Source: Chloroflexota bacterium (GTDB lineage Bacteria > Chloroflexota > Dormibacteria > CF-121). Taken from it: 34,679 bases of DNA. Shown in pieces: positions 17,600 through 26,378 of the stretch. The notes beneath the pieces were generated by a model. It made no database searches and was not told the DNA's origin. It saw nothing but the letters and a program-made list of their open reading frames with translations. Where the stretch lies: NCBI GenBank assembly GCA_005881235.1, contig VBEQ01000147.1, positions 1-34,679 of the forward strand, written 5' to 3'. Positions within the stretch are counted from its first letter, which is position 1, and each line of letters begins with the position of its first letter. The translations under genes and the position numbers were made by a program.

Positions 17600-18722
17600 G
17601 GATTCCCCCCTGCTCGACCCGGAAGATCGCGGCGCGCTCCAGGATGCTCTTTGGCAGGTCGTTGAGGTCGGCCGCGGTGATCAGCGCCTGAGGCCCTGGC
17701 TCGAGCGCGGCGAGGAGGCGCTCGCGGCGAGCCGGGTCGAGCTCGGACATCACATCATCGAGCAGAAGCACTGGTTGCTCGCCGGTCACCTCGGCGAGAT
17801 AGTGCAGTTCCGCCAGCTTCAGGCTGAGCACGGCGCTGCGCTGCTGCCCCTGGCTGGCATAGAGCCTCGCTTCATGGTCGTCGAGCCACACCTCGACATC
17901 GTCGCGCTGCGGTCCGACAGCTGTCTGTCCACGCCCGATCTCCTCGTCGCGCGCCTCGCGCATGGCGGCCTTGAGCTGTTCCACGACGAGCTCTAACGGC
18001 GCCTCGCCGATTCGGGCACCCGCGGGCCGGTAGCGGAGCTCGAGCCGCTCACGGTCGTCGCTGAGCTCGCGGTGAAAGGCGGCCGCGATGGGCTGCAGCT
18101 CGAGGAGGCGGCGCTGCCGTTCCACCATGATGGCCGCGCCGGACTCGGCGACGGCAGCCGTCCAGACATCGAGCCCATCGACCGGCTGGCGGGCCTCCCG
18201 GATCGCCCTCAGCAAGGCGTTGCGCTGCGTCAGCAGGTGCGAGTACCGATTCAACTCCCGCGCGTGGGCACGATCGATCTGGGAAAGCAGGGTGTTGAGA
18301 AAGCGTCGCCGGCCCTCGCCCGGACCCTTGACCAGCTGCAGGTCGTCCGGCCAGAAGAGGACGACCCGAAGCGACCCAATCACGTCGCTCGAGCGGCGCG
18401 GGATCCCATTGAGGGTGAACTTCCGCGACGCTCGCGAGCCGGCAGCGGCGGGGCTGAGGTTGATGCGAACCTCCAGCTCCTTGAGGCCGGTGTCGGTCTG
18501 CACGCCGCAGGTGACGCGGGCGGCGGTCTGGCCGAATCGGACCAGCTCGACCGCTTGCTGCGTGCGTGGGGAGCGCGTCAAGGCCGCGAGCGCCACGGCC
18601 TCGAGCAGATTGGTCTTTCCCTGCGCGTTGCCGCCGAAGAATACCGTGGCGGAGCGCTCGAGCGCCAGGTCCAACTCAACGTAATTCCGAAAGTCGAACA
18701 GTGAGACGTTAGCCAGGAACAC
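17592..18722 (-). CDS. recF: DNA replication/repair protein RecF
   Basis: FRNY, GGNAQGKTNLLEA, GPQRDD, SQGQQRS, LLLDDVMSELD; follows dnaN. Confidence 0.97.
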   Translation of the reverse strand: MFLANVSLFDFRNYVELDLALERSATVFFGGNAQGKTNLLEAVALAALTRSPRTQQAVELVRFGQTAARVTCGVQTDTGLKELEVRINLSPAAAGSRASRKFTLNGIPRRSSDVIGSLRVVLFWPDDLQLVKGPGEGRRRFLNTLLSQIDRAHARELNRYSHLLTQRNALLRAIREARQPVDGLDVWTAAVAESGAAIMVERQRRLLELQPIAAAFHRELSDDRERLELRYRPAGARIGEAPLELVVEQLKAAMREARDEEIGRGQTAVGPQRDDVEVWLDDHEARLYASQGQQRSAVLSLKLAELHYLAEVTGEQPVLLLDDVMSELDPARRERLLAALEPGPQALITAADLNDLPKSILERAAIFRVEQGGIHA

Positions 18723-18738
18723 GCGGTCTGCGCGCTGA

Positions 18739-19854
18739 CTACATCGCCACTCTGACCGGCATGATGATGTAGAGGTAGTTGTCGTTCCCCACCGGCTTGA
18801 TCAGGCCGGGGTTCAGCGGGCCGGTGAAGCCGAGGGTCACCTCGTCGCTGCCAATGATGGCGAGCACGTCGAGAAGGTACTTGGAGTTGAACGCGACCTG
18901 GAGGTCCTGGCCATCGATCTGCGCCTCAACGCCGGCCACGTTCTGCCCGACTTCGCTGGTATTGGCCGTCAGGGTCAGTTTGCCGCCTTCGGCCTTGAAT
19001 TTCACGACGTTGGCGGCATCCTTGGAAAACAACGAGACCATCTTGGTGGTGAAGAGCAGGTCCTGCGTCTTGCTGGTGATGGTCGTTGTGCTCTGCCCAG
19101 GAATGACCTGCTGGTAGTTGGGATAGGTTCCCTCGATCAGCCGGCTCATCAGTTCCACATCGCGGGTCTTGAAGAAAACCTGATTCTTCTGCGAGCCGAC
19201 GGTGACCTCCACGCCGTTGTCGCCCGTCTTGAGGATCCGGCTGAGCTCGCTCAGGGCGCGCGCCGGGATGACGATCGTCTCGCCTTCACCCGGTTCCGCC
19301 TGGACCGCAAGGGTTTTGACCGCCAGCCGGTGACCGTCGGTGGCGGCAAAGGTTGCCTTCCCCCCATTGAGGTGAACGTAGACGCCGGTCAGCACCGGTC
19401 GGCCCTCATCGCTGGAGGCGGCGATCACGGTCTGCTCGATCGCATCTTTGAGCTCGGCCTGGTCGACCTTGACCTTGCGACCTTCGACGCCGGAGGGAAC
19501 GGGTGGGAAGTCCGCCGGGTCGATCCCACGGATGGTGGCGTCGAACCGATTGCTCTTGACCGCTAGCGACTGCGTCTTCTTGTCCAGTGCCATGGACAGC
19601 GGCTCGTCGGGATGCGAAGTCACGAAGTCCGTCAGCAACCGCGCCGGCACGGTGATCCCACCTTCTTCCTGGACCTCGGCCGGGATGACCTGCCGGATAC
19701 CGATCTCCAGGTTGGTCGCTGTGAGTTGCAGCCCGGTGTCGCCGGTCTGCAGCAGCACGTTGTTGAGGATGGGTAGCGTGGTCCGCGAAGAGACGGCGCG
19801 GGAAACAACCTGCAATCCCTGCCCGAGGTTTCCGGCGGTGACAGTGACCTTCAT
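18739..19854 (-). CDS. dnaN: DNA polymerase III beta sliding clamp
   Basis: TLPILNNVLL, ATNLEIGI, GRPVLTGV, ATDGHRLA, SRLIEGTYPNY, IIMPVR. Confidence 0.98.
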   Translation of the reverse strand: MKVTVTAGNLGQGLQVVSRAVSSRTTLPILNNVLLQTGDTGLQLTATNLEIGIRQVIPAEVQEEGGITVPARLLTDFVTSHPDEPLSMALDKKTQSLAVKSNRFDATIRGIDPADFPPVPSGVEGRKVKVDQAELKDAIEQTVIAASSDEGRPVLTGVYVHLNGGKATFAATDGHRLAVKTLAVQAEPGEGETIVIPARALSELSRILKTGDNGVEVTVGSQKNQVFFKTRDVELMSRLIEGTYPNYQQVIPGQSTTTITSKTQDLLFTTKMVSLFSKDAANVVKFKAEGGKLTLTANTSEVGQNVAGVEAQIDGQDLQVAFNSKYLLDVLAIIGSDEVTLGFTGPLNPGLIKPVGNDNYLYIIMPVRVAM

Positions 19855-19879
19855 GATGCTCCTGGTCTACACGACCCTC

Positions 19880-20066
19880 TAATGAAACGGGGTAATTGAA
19901 AGATACGACGTAGTCGTAGTGCGGTGCACAACAGGGAAAAACCCCTTCCCCACGTTCAAAACGGGCCAATTATAGCGTTCAAAAACTGTGCGTTCCCGGC
20001 GCGGGTATCCCCACACGAGCCCGATTGCAACAGTGTCCACGTCCCTTGCCGCGCTATTCCACAGGC
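19880..20066. other. oriC unwinding subregion (dnaA-dnaN intergenic): degenerate DnaA boxes plus DnaA-trio-like repeats
   Basis: Box-like 9-mers TTCCCCACG 19946-54, ATCCCCACA 20007-15, GTGTCCACG 20033-41, TATTCCACA 20055-63. Minus strand reads TTTTCCCTG-TTGTGCACC-GCA-CTA-CGA-CTA-CGT-CGT then an AT-richer stretch. Confidence 0.78.
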
Positions 20067-21422
20067 TCAATGCGAATAAAGAATTTCGCGGAGTTTCCGC
20101 AGGTCGGCCTGGAGGCGTTGGTCTTCTTTGGAGTCGGTATTTATTTTCTCGTAGGAATGGAGGACTGTCGTATGATCACGTCCGCCGAATGCCTGCCCGA
20201 TGGCCGGCAACGATGAGGCCGTTTCCTCGCGGATCAAGAACATCGCAACCTGTCGCGGGAAGACGATGTGCTTGTCGCGGCGCTTCCCTTTCATCTCCTC
20301 CAGGCTGATGTGATAGAAGCTTGCGACCGTGCGAGAGATGGTGTCGATCGAGAGGGTGCGGGTCTCCGTCGAGGGGATGACGTCCTGCAGCAGTTTCGCC
20401 GCCATCTCGACGTTGACGGCGCTGCGGTTGAGGGACGCATGGGCGATCACCCGGATGAGCGCACCCTCGAGCTCGCGGATGTTCCTCTGGATCTTGTGCG
20501 CGATGAAGGAGAGCACATCCTCCGGCACCAGCCGCGCATAGGGCCCGACCTTCGATTTGAGGATGGCCACGCGCGTTTCGAAGTCGGCCGCCTGGATGTC
20601 CGCGATCAGGCCCCACTGAAACCGTGAGCGCAGCCTGTCCTCCAGCGTGGGGATCTCTTTGGGGGGCCGGTCGGAGGAGATCACGATCTGCTTGTTGAGC
20701 TCATGGAGGGAGTTGAAGGTATGGAAGAACTCTTCCTGGGTCCGGTCTTTACCGGCGAGAAACTGGATGTCGTCGACCAGCAGGACGTCGACCGTCCGGT
20801 AGCGGGTCCGGAAATCGTTCATCCGTCCTTCCTGGATGGAGGAGATCATCTCGTTCATGAACTTCTCGCTCGTCACATAGGCCACCCGCCGGCGGGCGTG
20901 CTTTTCCAAAACGGCGTGGCCGATGGCGTGCATCAGGTGGGTCTTGCCCAAACCAACGCCGCCATAGAGGAAGAGCGGGTTGTAGGCCTTGGCGGGGGTT
21001 TCTGCCACCGCCCGGCAGGCGGCGTGCGCGAAGCGCGAGTTGTTGCCGACCACGAAATGCTGGAACTGGAATTTCGGATTCAGCTGGGATGCCTCGTGGA
21101 GGACCGGCTCCTCGGCTTCGGGCGGCGGCTCCTCAGCGACGGCCACCGCCGAGCGGCCGGCGGCTGCCTCAGTCTGACCAGGTATCACCTCGAACGCCAC
21201 GCTGACGTCGCCGGAGACGATCGCCGACAACGTCTCTTTGATCATCGCCGAGTAGCGGTCCTCGAGCCAGTCCTTGGCGAGCTTGGTCGGCACGCCGATC
21301 TTGAAAGCATTCTTCTCGCGGCCGACCAATGACGCATTCTTCAGCCAGGTCTCATAGCTTGGCTTACTGAGCTGGAACCGAAGTTCCTCCTGCGCCGCCT
21401 GCCAAATCTGTTCTCCGTTCAT
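20067..21422 (-). CDS. dnaA: Chromosomal replication initiator DnaA
   Basis: YNPLFLYGGVGLGKTHL, LLVDDIQFL, QEEFFHTFN, RLRSRF.WGL, NIRELEGAL, FGGRDHTTVLHS; ATG 21422 with GGAGGAG SD. Confidence 0.99.
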   Translation of the reverse strand: MNGEQIWQAAQEELRFQLSKPSYETWLKNASLVGREKNAFKIGVPTKLAKDWLEDRYSAMIKETLSAIVSGDVSVAFEVIPGQTEAAAGRSAVAVAEEPPPEAEEPVLHEASQLNPKFQFQHFVVGNNSRFAHAACRAVAETPAKAYNPLFLYGGVGLGKTHLMHAIGHAVLEKHARRRVAYVTSEKFMNEMISSIQEGRMNDFRTRYRTVDVLLVDDIQFLAGKDRTQEEFFHTFNSLHELNKQIVISSDRPPKEIPTLEDRLRSRFQWGLIADIQAADFETRVAILKSKVGPYARLVPEDVLSFIAHKIQRNIRELEGALIRVIAHASLNRSAVNVEMAAKLLQDVIPSTETRTLSIDTISRTVASFYHISLEEMKGKRRDKHIVFPRQVAMFLIREETASSLPAIGQAFGGRDHTTVLHSYEKINTDSKEDQRLQADLRKLREILYSH

Positions 21423-21539
21423 CGGCTCCTCCACGCAACACGACGCAAACTACGACTTCAGTGGAGAGCAGAGCCGGTGCTGCGCGTCAGGCCGCGAAGT
21501 CGGAAACGAGGCCCATGGACGGCGTTTGCAGGACGGAAC

Positions 21540-21604
21540 TTATACACAAGCTTCCCACAACAGTGGAGAAGTCTATCGAGGTCTCCCCAGCCTCATGTGT
21601 ATAA
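21540..21604. promoter_or_regulatory. DnaA-box cluster upstream of dnaA (second oriC subregion / autoregulation)
   Basis: Consensus TTATACACA at 21540-48 and inverted TGTGTATAA at 21596-604, with degenerate CTTCCCACA 21551-59 and AGTGGAGAA 21562-70 between. Confidence 0.85.
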
Positions 21605-21645
21605 GTTGTTGATGGCTATTTGCCGTAGCTCTCCAGGGCAGCGGA

Positions 21646-21674
21646 ATAATAGCAAACGGTTACCACCCGTGCAA
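21646..21674 (-). promoter_or_regulatory. dnaA sigma70 promoter
   Basis: Minus strand TTGCAC, 17 bp, TATTAT, with TG extended -10 (TGcTATTAT). Confidence 0.7.
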
Positions 21675-21753
21675 TCCGAAATTACGTACGAAGCGCACCG
21701 CCGCGCATGGTCGCGCATGGTATGGTTAGGCCCCGAAAAACGTTGAGGTCTGC

Positions 21754-21909
21754 ATGAAGCGTACCCACCAGCCAAAGAAGCGCCAGCGGGTCAAGGTCCA
21801 CGGTTTCCGTGCCCGCATGTCGACGACGGGCGGCGTCAAGGTGATCAAGGCACGCCGTTTGAAGGGACGCCGCCGTCTGACACCGACGTCCAGCCGGCGC
21901 TACCGGTAA
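21754..21909 (+). CDS. rpmH: 50S ribosomal protein L34
   Basis: Not in ORF track; read manually: [51 protein letters not shown]; GAGG SD; extended -10 TGgTATGGT at 21718-26. Confidence 0.97.
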   Translation: MKRTHQPKKRQRVKVHGFRARMSTTGGVKVIKARRLKGRRRLTPTSSRRYR

Positions 21910-21928
21910 GCGCCTGCCTCCACCGCCG

Positions 21929-22261
21929 ATGAAACGGCGGTCTCGGCTACTCCGGTCGGCCGACTTCGACCGGACGCTGCGCTCGGGCCGCCGGGCCGCC
22001 TCCGAATACTTCGCCCTATTCGTAAGCGATAATGGGCTTGGCCGGCCTCGGGTCGGCCTGGCCGTCAGTCGGAAACTCGGGAATGCCGTGGTCCGAAATC
22101 GAGTCAAGCGGCGCCTGCGCGAACTGGTGAGGCCGTTGTTGACGCGGGCAGAGGGCGGCCGTGACGTTGTAATCGTGGCACGGGCTCGTGCCGTCGACGC
22201 GGAATTTACGCACTTGCGCCAGGAGATGGAAATGCTGTGGGCGAAGGGGTGGGGGTCGTGA
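21929..22261 (+). CDS. rnpA: Ribonuclease P protein component
   Basis: [25 protein letters not shown] (RNR motif); follows rpmH. Confidence 0.96.
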   Translation: MKRRSRLLRSADFDRTLRSGRRAASEYFALFVSDNGLGRPRVGLAVSRKLGNAVVRNRVKRRLRELVRPLLTRAEGGRDVVIVARARAVDAEFTHLRQEMEMLWAKGWGS

Positions 22262-22473
22262 CGGCGGCGTCGCTGGCGCTGATCCGCGTCTACCGGATCA
22301 CGCTCGGTCCCCTCTTTGGCGTGCTGTCGAGCTGCCGCTACACACCCACCTGCTCGCAGTACGGGTATGAAGCCATCCAGCGCTACGGCTGGTGGCGTGG
22401 CTGGGGCATGGCCGTCCGCCGGGTCGCGCGCTGCCACCCCTTCCATGCCGGCGGCTGGGATCCCGTGCCATGA
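22258..22473 (+). CDS. yidD: Membrane protein insertion efficiency factor YidD
   Basis: [15 protein letters not shown]...[17 protein letters not shown]; GTGA overlap with rnpA stop. Confidence 0.95.
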   Translation: MTAASLALIRVYRITLGPLFGVLSSCRYTPTCSQYGYEAIQRYGWWRGWGMAVRRVARCHPFHAGGWDPVP

Positions 22474-23303
22474 CGTCGCTGCTCGCCCTGCTGGCGACCC
22501 GCCACGAGCCCTGGGACACCCTCGGCGACCTCTGGCACCCGATCTGGGCACTCTGGTGGACACTGATCGGAGTCCCGATCCATGCCGTCCTCAAGACAAT
22601 CCTGGGTGTCCTGAGCGGGAACCCGCTCGCCGAATCGATCGGGCCCTTTGGCATCGCCATCGTCCTCTTGACCATCCTGATCAAGCTGATCATCTCTCCC
22701 ATCTTCCAGTACCAGCTGACCACTTCGCGGCGCGTCCAGGCGGAGCAGCGCCGGATCGCTCCCCAGTTGTCCGCGCTACGAAAGAAGTACAAGAAGGATC
22801 CTCAGCTCCTCAACCAGGAAACCATGAAGCTCTACAAGGAGCACAACATCAACCCACTCGCGCAAATGAGCGGTTGCCTGCCGGCGTTGGTCCAGTCCCC
22901 CATCCTGATCGCGCTCTTCTATGTGATCCGGGACGCTCACAACACGCTACCGATCCACGATTTCCGCTTCCTGGGCATCTCACTGGACCATACGGCCCTG
23001 CAACCGGGGCAGTTCGTCCCGCTCGCCATCCTTCTGCCCATCCTCGCCGGGCTCACCACCTTCGTGCAGACCAAGATGATGACCCAGCCGGGTCAAGTTC
23101 AAGACCCGACCCAGGCGGCGATGACGCAGAACATGACGCTGATCATGCCCGTCTTCATCGGGTTCATCTCACTCAACTTCGCGGCCGCCCTCGCGCTCTA
23201 CTGGGTGGTCAGCAACCTCTTCAGCATCGGCCAGCAATACTTCATCACCGGCTGGGGTTCACTCAACATACCGCCGGGCTTACGCAGGGGGAAAGCCGCA
23301 TGA
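22470..23303 (+). CDS. yidC: Membrane protein insertase YidC (short form, no large periplasmic domain)
   Basis: [45 protein letters not shown]; ATGA overlap with yidD. Confidence 0.94.
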   Translation: MTSLLALLATRHEPWDTLGDLWHPIWALWWTLIGVPIHAVLKTILGVLSGNPLAESIGPFGIAIVLLTILIKLIISPIFQYQLTTSRRVQAEQRRIAPQLSALRKKYKKDPQLLNQETMKLYKEHNINPLAQMSGCLPALVQSPILIALFYVIRDAHNTLPIHDFRFLGISLDHTALQPGQFVPLAILLPILAGLTTFVQTKMMTQPGQVQDPTQAAMTQNMTLIMPVFIGFISLNFAAALALYWVVSNLFSIGQQYFITGWGSLNIPPGLRRGKAA

Positions 23304-24091
23304 GCAGCAGCAGCAACAGCGTCGAAATCACCGGAAAGACTGTCGACGAGGCCGTCGAGCAGGCTCTCGAAGACCTCGAAGAGGCACGCGAGAACGTGGA
23401 CATCGAGGTGCTGGAGGAGTCCTCGGGGCAGGCTCGGGTTCGGGTTACGCAGCGGGAAACGTACGCCGTCAAGGCGCGCCAGGTCGTGGCCGAGCTTCTC
23501 TACAAGATGGGAATCACGGCGCAGGTATTCATCAAAAAAGCTGACGACCCGGTGATGATCGACGTTGCCGGCGATAACCTCGGGTTGCTGATCGGCTGGC
23601 GGGGGGAGACGCTTCGCGCCTTCCAGACAGTTGTCAACCTGATCCTCAACGAGGGCCGCGTCGACCGGCGCCGGCTGGTCGTCGACGTCGAGCACTACCG
23701 CAATCGCCGCGAGGAGACCGTCAAGGAGATGGCCCTGCGCCTCGCCGATCGTGTGCGGCGCACCGGCGAGCGGGTGATGATGGATCCGATGCAGTCGTAC
23801 GAGCGGCGCATCGTCCACATCACGCTCGAGAAGGAGCCCGGCATCCGCACCGAGAGCCAGGGTGAGGAACCGAACCGGCGGGTCGCGATCCTCCCCGACG
23901 GTGTCACCGCGGCTCGGCGCCCAGCGGAGCGTCCGGTGCCGGCCCCCTCCCCGCCACTGACTCGCCAGGGTTCGGGCTACGGTGATCGGCCCCGTTACGG
24001 CGATCGGCCGCGCTTCGGCGACCGACCGCGCTTCGGCGAGCGCCGCCCCGGTTACCGCGAGGGCGAGGGCGGGGGAGGCGAGACCCCCTGA
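23300..24091 (+). CDS. jag: Jag/EloR/KhpB RNA-binding protein (Jag_N, KH, R3H)
   Basis: GKTVDEAVEQAL, GLLIGWRGETLRAFQ, PMQSYERRIVH, SQGEEPNRRV; ATGA overlap with yidC. Confidence 0.94.
   Translation: MSSSSNSVEITGKTVDEAVEQALEDLEEARENVDIEVLEESSGQARVRVTQRETYAVKARQVVAELLYKMGITAQVFIKKADDPVMIDVAGDNLGLLIGWRGETLRAFQTVVNLILNEGRVDRRRLVVDVEHYRNRREETVKEMALRLADRVRRTGERVMMDPMQSYERRIVHITLEKEPGIRTESQGEEPNRRVAILPDGVTAARRPAERPVPAPSPPLTRQGSGYGDRPRYGDRPRFGDRPRFGERRPGYREGEGGGGETP
23978..24049 (+). repeat. 18-nt coding tandem repeat x4 encoding [YF]GDRPR in the Jag tail
   Basis: tacggtgatcggccccgt / tacggcgatcggccgcgc / ttcggcgaccgaccgcgc / ttcggcgagcgccgcccc; differences mostly synonymous. Confidence 0.85.
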
Positions 24092-24354
24092 ACGCCGGCG
24101 CTGTCGAGGTCGGCGCGGACCCGATAGAGCGCTGCCGCGACCGCCTCGGCCGATAAACCATCGTCGAGCGCGTCCCGAGCCTGCCGGACGCCCTCTTTGA
24201 GCTTCGGGGAGGCTGCCGCCGCGGCGAGCGCCTTCAGCTCACGGGCCACCTCCACGGGCAAGCGCGCACCCGCATCTGAGTCCGCATAATTCCAGGCCTC
24301 GACGCGTGCGATGAGGCGATTCAGACGGCGGCCGAATTCCAAACGCCCCGTCAC
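24052..24354 (-). CDS. Hypothetical helical protein (100 aa)
   Basis: Fills the jag-M16 gap, has plausible amphipathic helices, and TAATAT lies 6 nt upstream of its GTG; overlaps the jag 3' end by 40 nt. Confidence 0.65.
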   Translation of the reverse strand: MTGRLEFGRRLNRLIARVEAWNYADSDAGARLPVEVARELKALAAAAASPKLKEGVRQARDALDDGLSAEAVAAALYRVRADLDSAGVQGVSPPPPSPSR

Positions 24355-24450
24355 GGTTCAATATTATCCGACACTGGATGACCCATCATGTCTACCAAAA
24401 CGGTATCGAAATGTGAGGATGTGCCGACACCCCTACGATATACTCAGCTC

Positions 24451-25731
24451 GTGCCCCAAGCCCGTCCTCCTTATCGTCTGTCCACTTTGCCGACCGGGGC
24501 CAGAGTCGTCTCGACCGAGCTAGCCGACCGGCCCTCGGTCACCATGGCGATCATGTTCAAGGTCGGTTCCCGGTATGAGTCTGACAAAGAAGCCGGCATC
24601 AGCCACTTTCTCGAACACATGTTCTTCAAAGGCTCCGCCCGCTATGCCGGCGCCAAGGAGATCGCGGAGGCGATCGAGGGGGTGGGCGGCGTCCTGAACG
24701 CCGCGACGGACAAGGAGCTGACCATGTACTGGGCGCGCGTGCCCAAGACCAAGTCGAAGCTGGCCATCGACGTTCTCGGGGACATGCTGTTCCAGCCGTT
24801 GCTCGATCCTGCCGAGCTGGAGAAGGAGCGGCTGGTCGTGCTCGAGGAGCTGCGCATGTACCAGGACTCGCCGCAGGAGTACGTGCACAGCCTGTTCGAG
24901 CAGATCAGCTGGCCGGATCACCCGCTTGGTCGCGACGTGGGAGGGACCGAGGCCTCGGTTCGGGCCCTGTCGCGCGACGACCTGCTCCGCTACCTCGAAG
25001 AGCACTACCTGCTGCGCAATCTGGTCGTGACCATTGCGGGCCCAGTGACACACGACGAGGCGATCGCCCTCGTCCAGCCTTATCTCAAGGTTCGCGGCAA
25101 CGGCGCCCCGCCACCGTCGTTCTTGCCCTCGGTCGGCAACGGGCTCAAGCCCAACGTCCTGTTGAAGTCGAAGAAGACGGAGCAGGCGCACGTGTGCGTC
25201 GGCGTGCACGCACCCTCGTACATGGATCGCGACCGTCACGTGATCGACATCCTCAACTGCGTTCTCGGCGAGGGCATGAGCTCCCGTCTCTTCCTCGAAG
25301 TCCGCGAGAAGCTGGGGCTGGCGTACGACGTCCACTCCTACGTCAACAAGATGTTCGATACGGGGGTGCTCGGCATCTACGCCGGAACCGAGCCGCGCCA
25401 GGCCGCGCGAGCGGTGGGCGCCATCGTCGGCCAGCTGCGGCGGCTCTGCCAGGAACCGGTGCAGAGCGCGGAGTTGACGAAGGCTAAAGAGTTTTACAAG
25501 GGCCGTTTGTTGCTGCAGATGGAGAGCACCAACTCCGTGGCGACCTGGTACGGCGGGCAGGAAGCCCTCACCGGCCGAATTGAGGGGGTCGATGAGAACA
25601 TGGCGGAGATCGATGCGGTCACCGCAGACGACGTTATGCGGATCGCCAACGAGCTCTTCAGCCAGGCGCTGCAGCTCGCGGTGATCGGCCCGTTTCGCAG
25701 CGAGGCGCCCTTCCTCAAGCAGATAGCTTGA
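24451..25731 (+). CDS. M16 (pitrilysin/MPP-like) zinc peptidase
   Basis: GSRYE..EAGISHFLEHMFFKGS (HxxEH), LNAAT, GMSSRLF.EVREKLGLAY; GTG 24451 lies 6 nt after TATACT. Confidence 0.93.
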   Translation: MPQARPPYRLSTLPTGARVVSTELADRPSVTMAIMFKVGSRYESDKEAGISHFLEHMFFKGSARYAGAKEIAEAIEGVGGVLNAATDKELTMYWARVPKTKSKLAIDVLGDMLFQPLLDPAELEKERLVVLEELRMYQDSPQEYVHSLFEQISWPDHPLGRDVGGTEASVRALSRDDLLRYLEEHYLLRNLVVTIAGPVTHDEAIALVQPYLKVRGNGAPPPSFLPSVGNGLKPNVLLKSKKTEQAHVCVGVHAPSYMDRDRHVIDILNCVLGEGMSSRLFLEVREKLGLAYDVHSYVNKMFDTGVLGIYAGTEPRQAARAVGAIVGQLRRLCQEPVQSAELTKAKEFYKGRLLLQMESTNSVATWYGGQEALTGRIEGVDENMAEIDAVTADDVMRIANELFSQALQLAVIGPFRSEAPFLKQIA

Positions 25732-25775
25732 GAGATAGAATGAATCGCCCTCGGATGAAGTTAAACAGCTAAAGG

Positions 25776-26375
25776 ATGGCGCAGCCGCACATGGCGCAAC
25801 CGCCGGCGCCCCAGCAACCAGCGCGCCAGAAGTCTTTTCTCAGGGACACGCTCGAGATCGTGTTCCTTGCGCTCGTTCTGTACGTGGTGATCCAGTACGC
25901 CGTGCAGACCGTCCACGTGCTGGGCTCGAGCATGTACGCGACGCTGCACGACAATGACCTCCTCGTGGCGTCGAAGATTTCCTACAAGCTCCACCAACCG
26001 CAACGAGGCGACATCATCGTGTTCAAGCCGCCCGACGAAGCCAGCCGCGACTTCATCAAGCGCATCATCGCCCTGCCGGGCGAGCGGGTGCACATCGCCA
26101 ACAGCGTGGTCTACATCAATGGGCGGGTGCTGCACGAGCCCTACCTCCCGGAGCCGTGGATCGTTAACAGCAACTGGCCCGCCTCGGGTCAGGACCAGCT
26201 CATCCCGCCGAATCAGTACTTCGTGCTGGGCGACAACCGCAACCATTCGAGCGACTCGCGCAGCTTCGGTCCCGTCGACTTGGACGCGATCCTTGGCAAG
26301 GCGGAAATCCGCATCTGGCCGCTGGGCCAGGTCGGCTTTCTCGGTGCCAAGCCGACTCTCGCCGCGGGACGATAG
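25776..26375 (+). CDS. lepB: Signal peptidase I
   Basis: GSSMYATL (catalytic Ser), FIKRIIALPG (Lys), FVLGDNRNHSSDSR; single N-terminal TM. Alternative ATG at 25791. Confidence 0.95.
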   Translation: MAQPHMAQPPAPQQPARQKSFLRDTLEIVFLALVLYVVIQYAVQTVHVLGSSMYATLHDNDLLVASKISYKLHQPQRGDIIVFKPPDEASRDFIKRIIALPGERVHIANSVVYINGRVLHEPYLPEPWIVNSNWPASGQDQLIPPNQYFVLGDNRNHSSDSRSFGPVDLDAILGKAEIRIWPLGQVGFLGAKPTLAAGR

Positions 26376-26378
26376 TCG

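Noticed and set aside
22316-23299. N-terminal 328-aa extension of Jag in the 591-aa ORF
   Set aside because: Overlaps yidD and yidC in another frame; the real start is the ATGA-coupled ATG at 23300.
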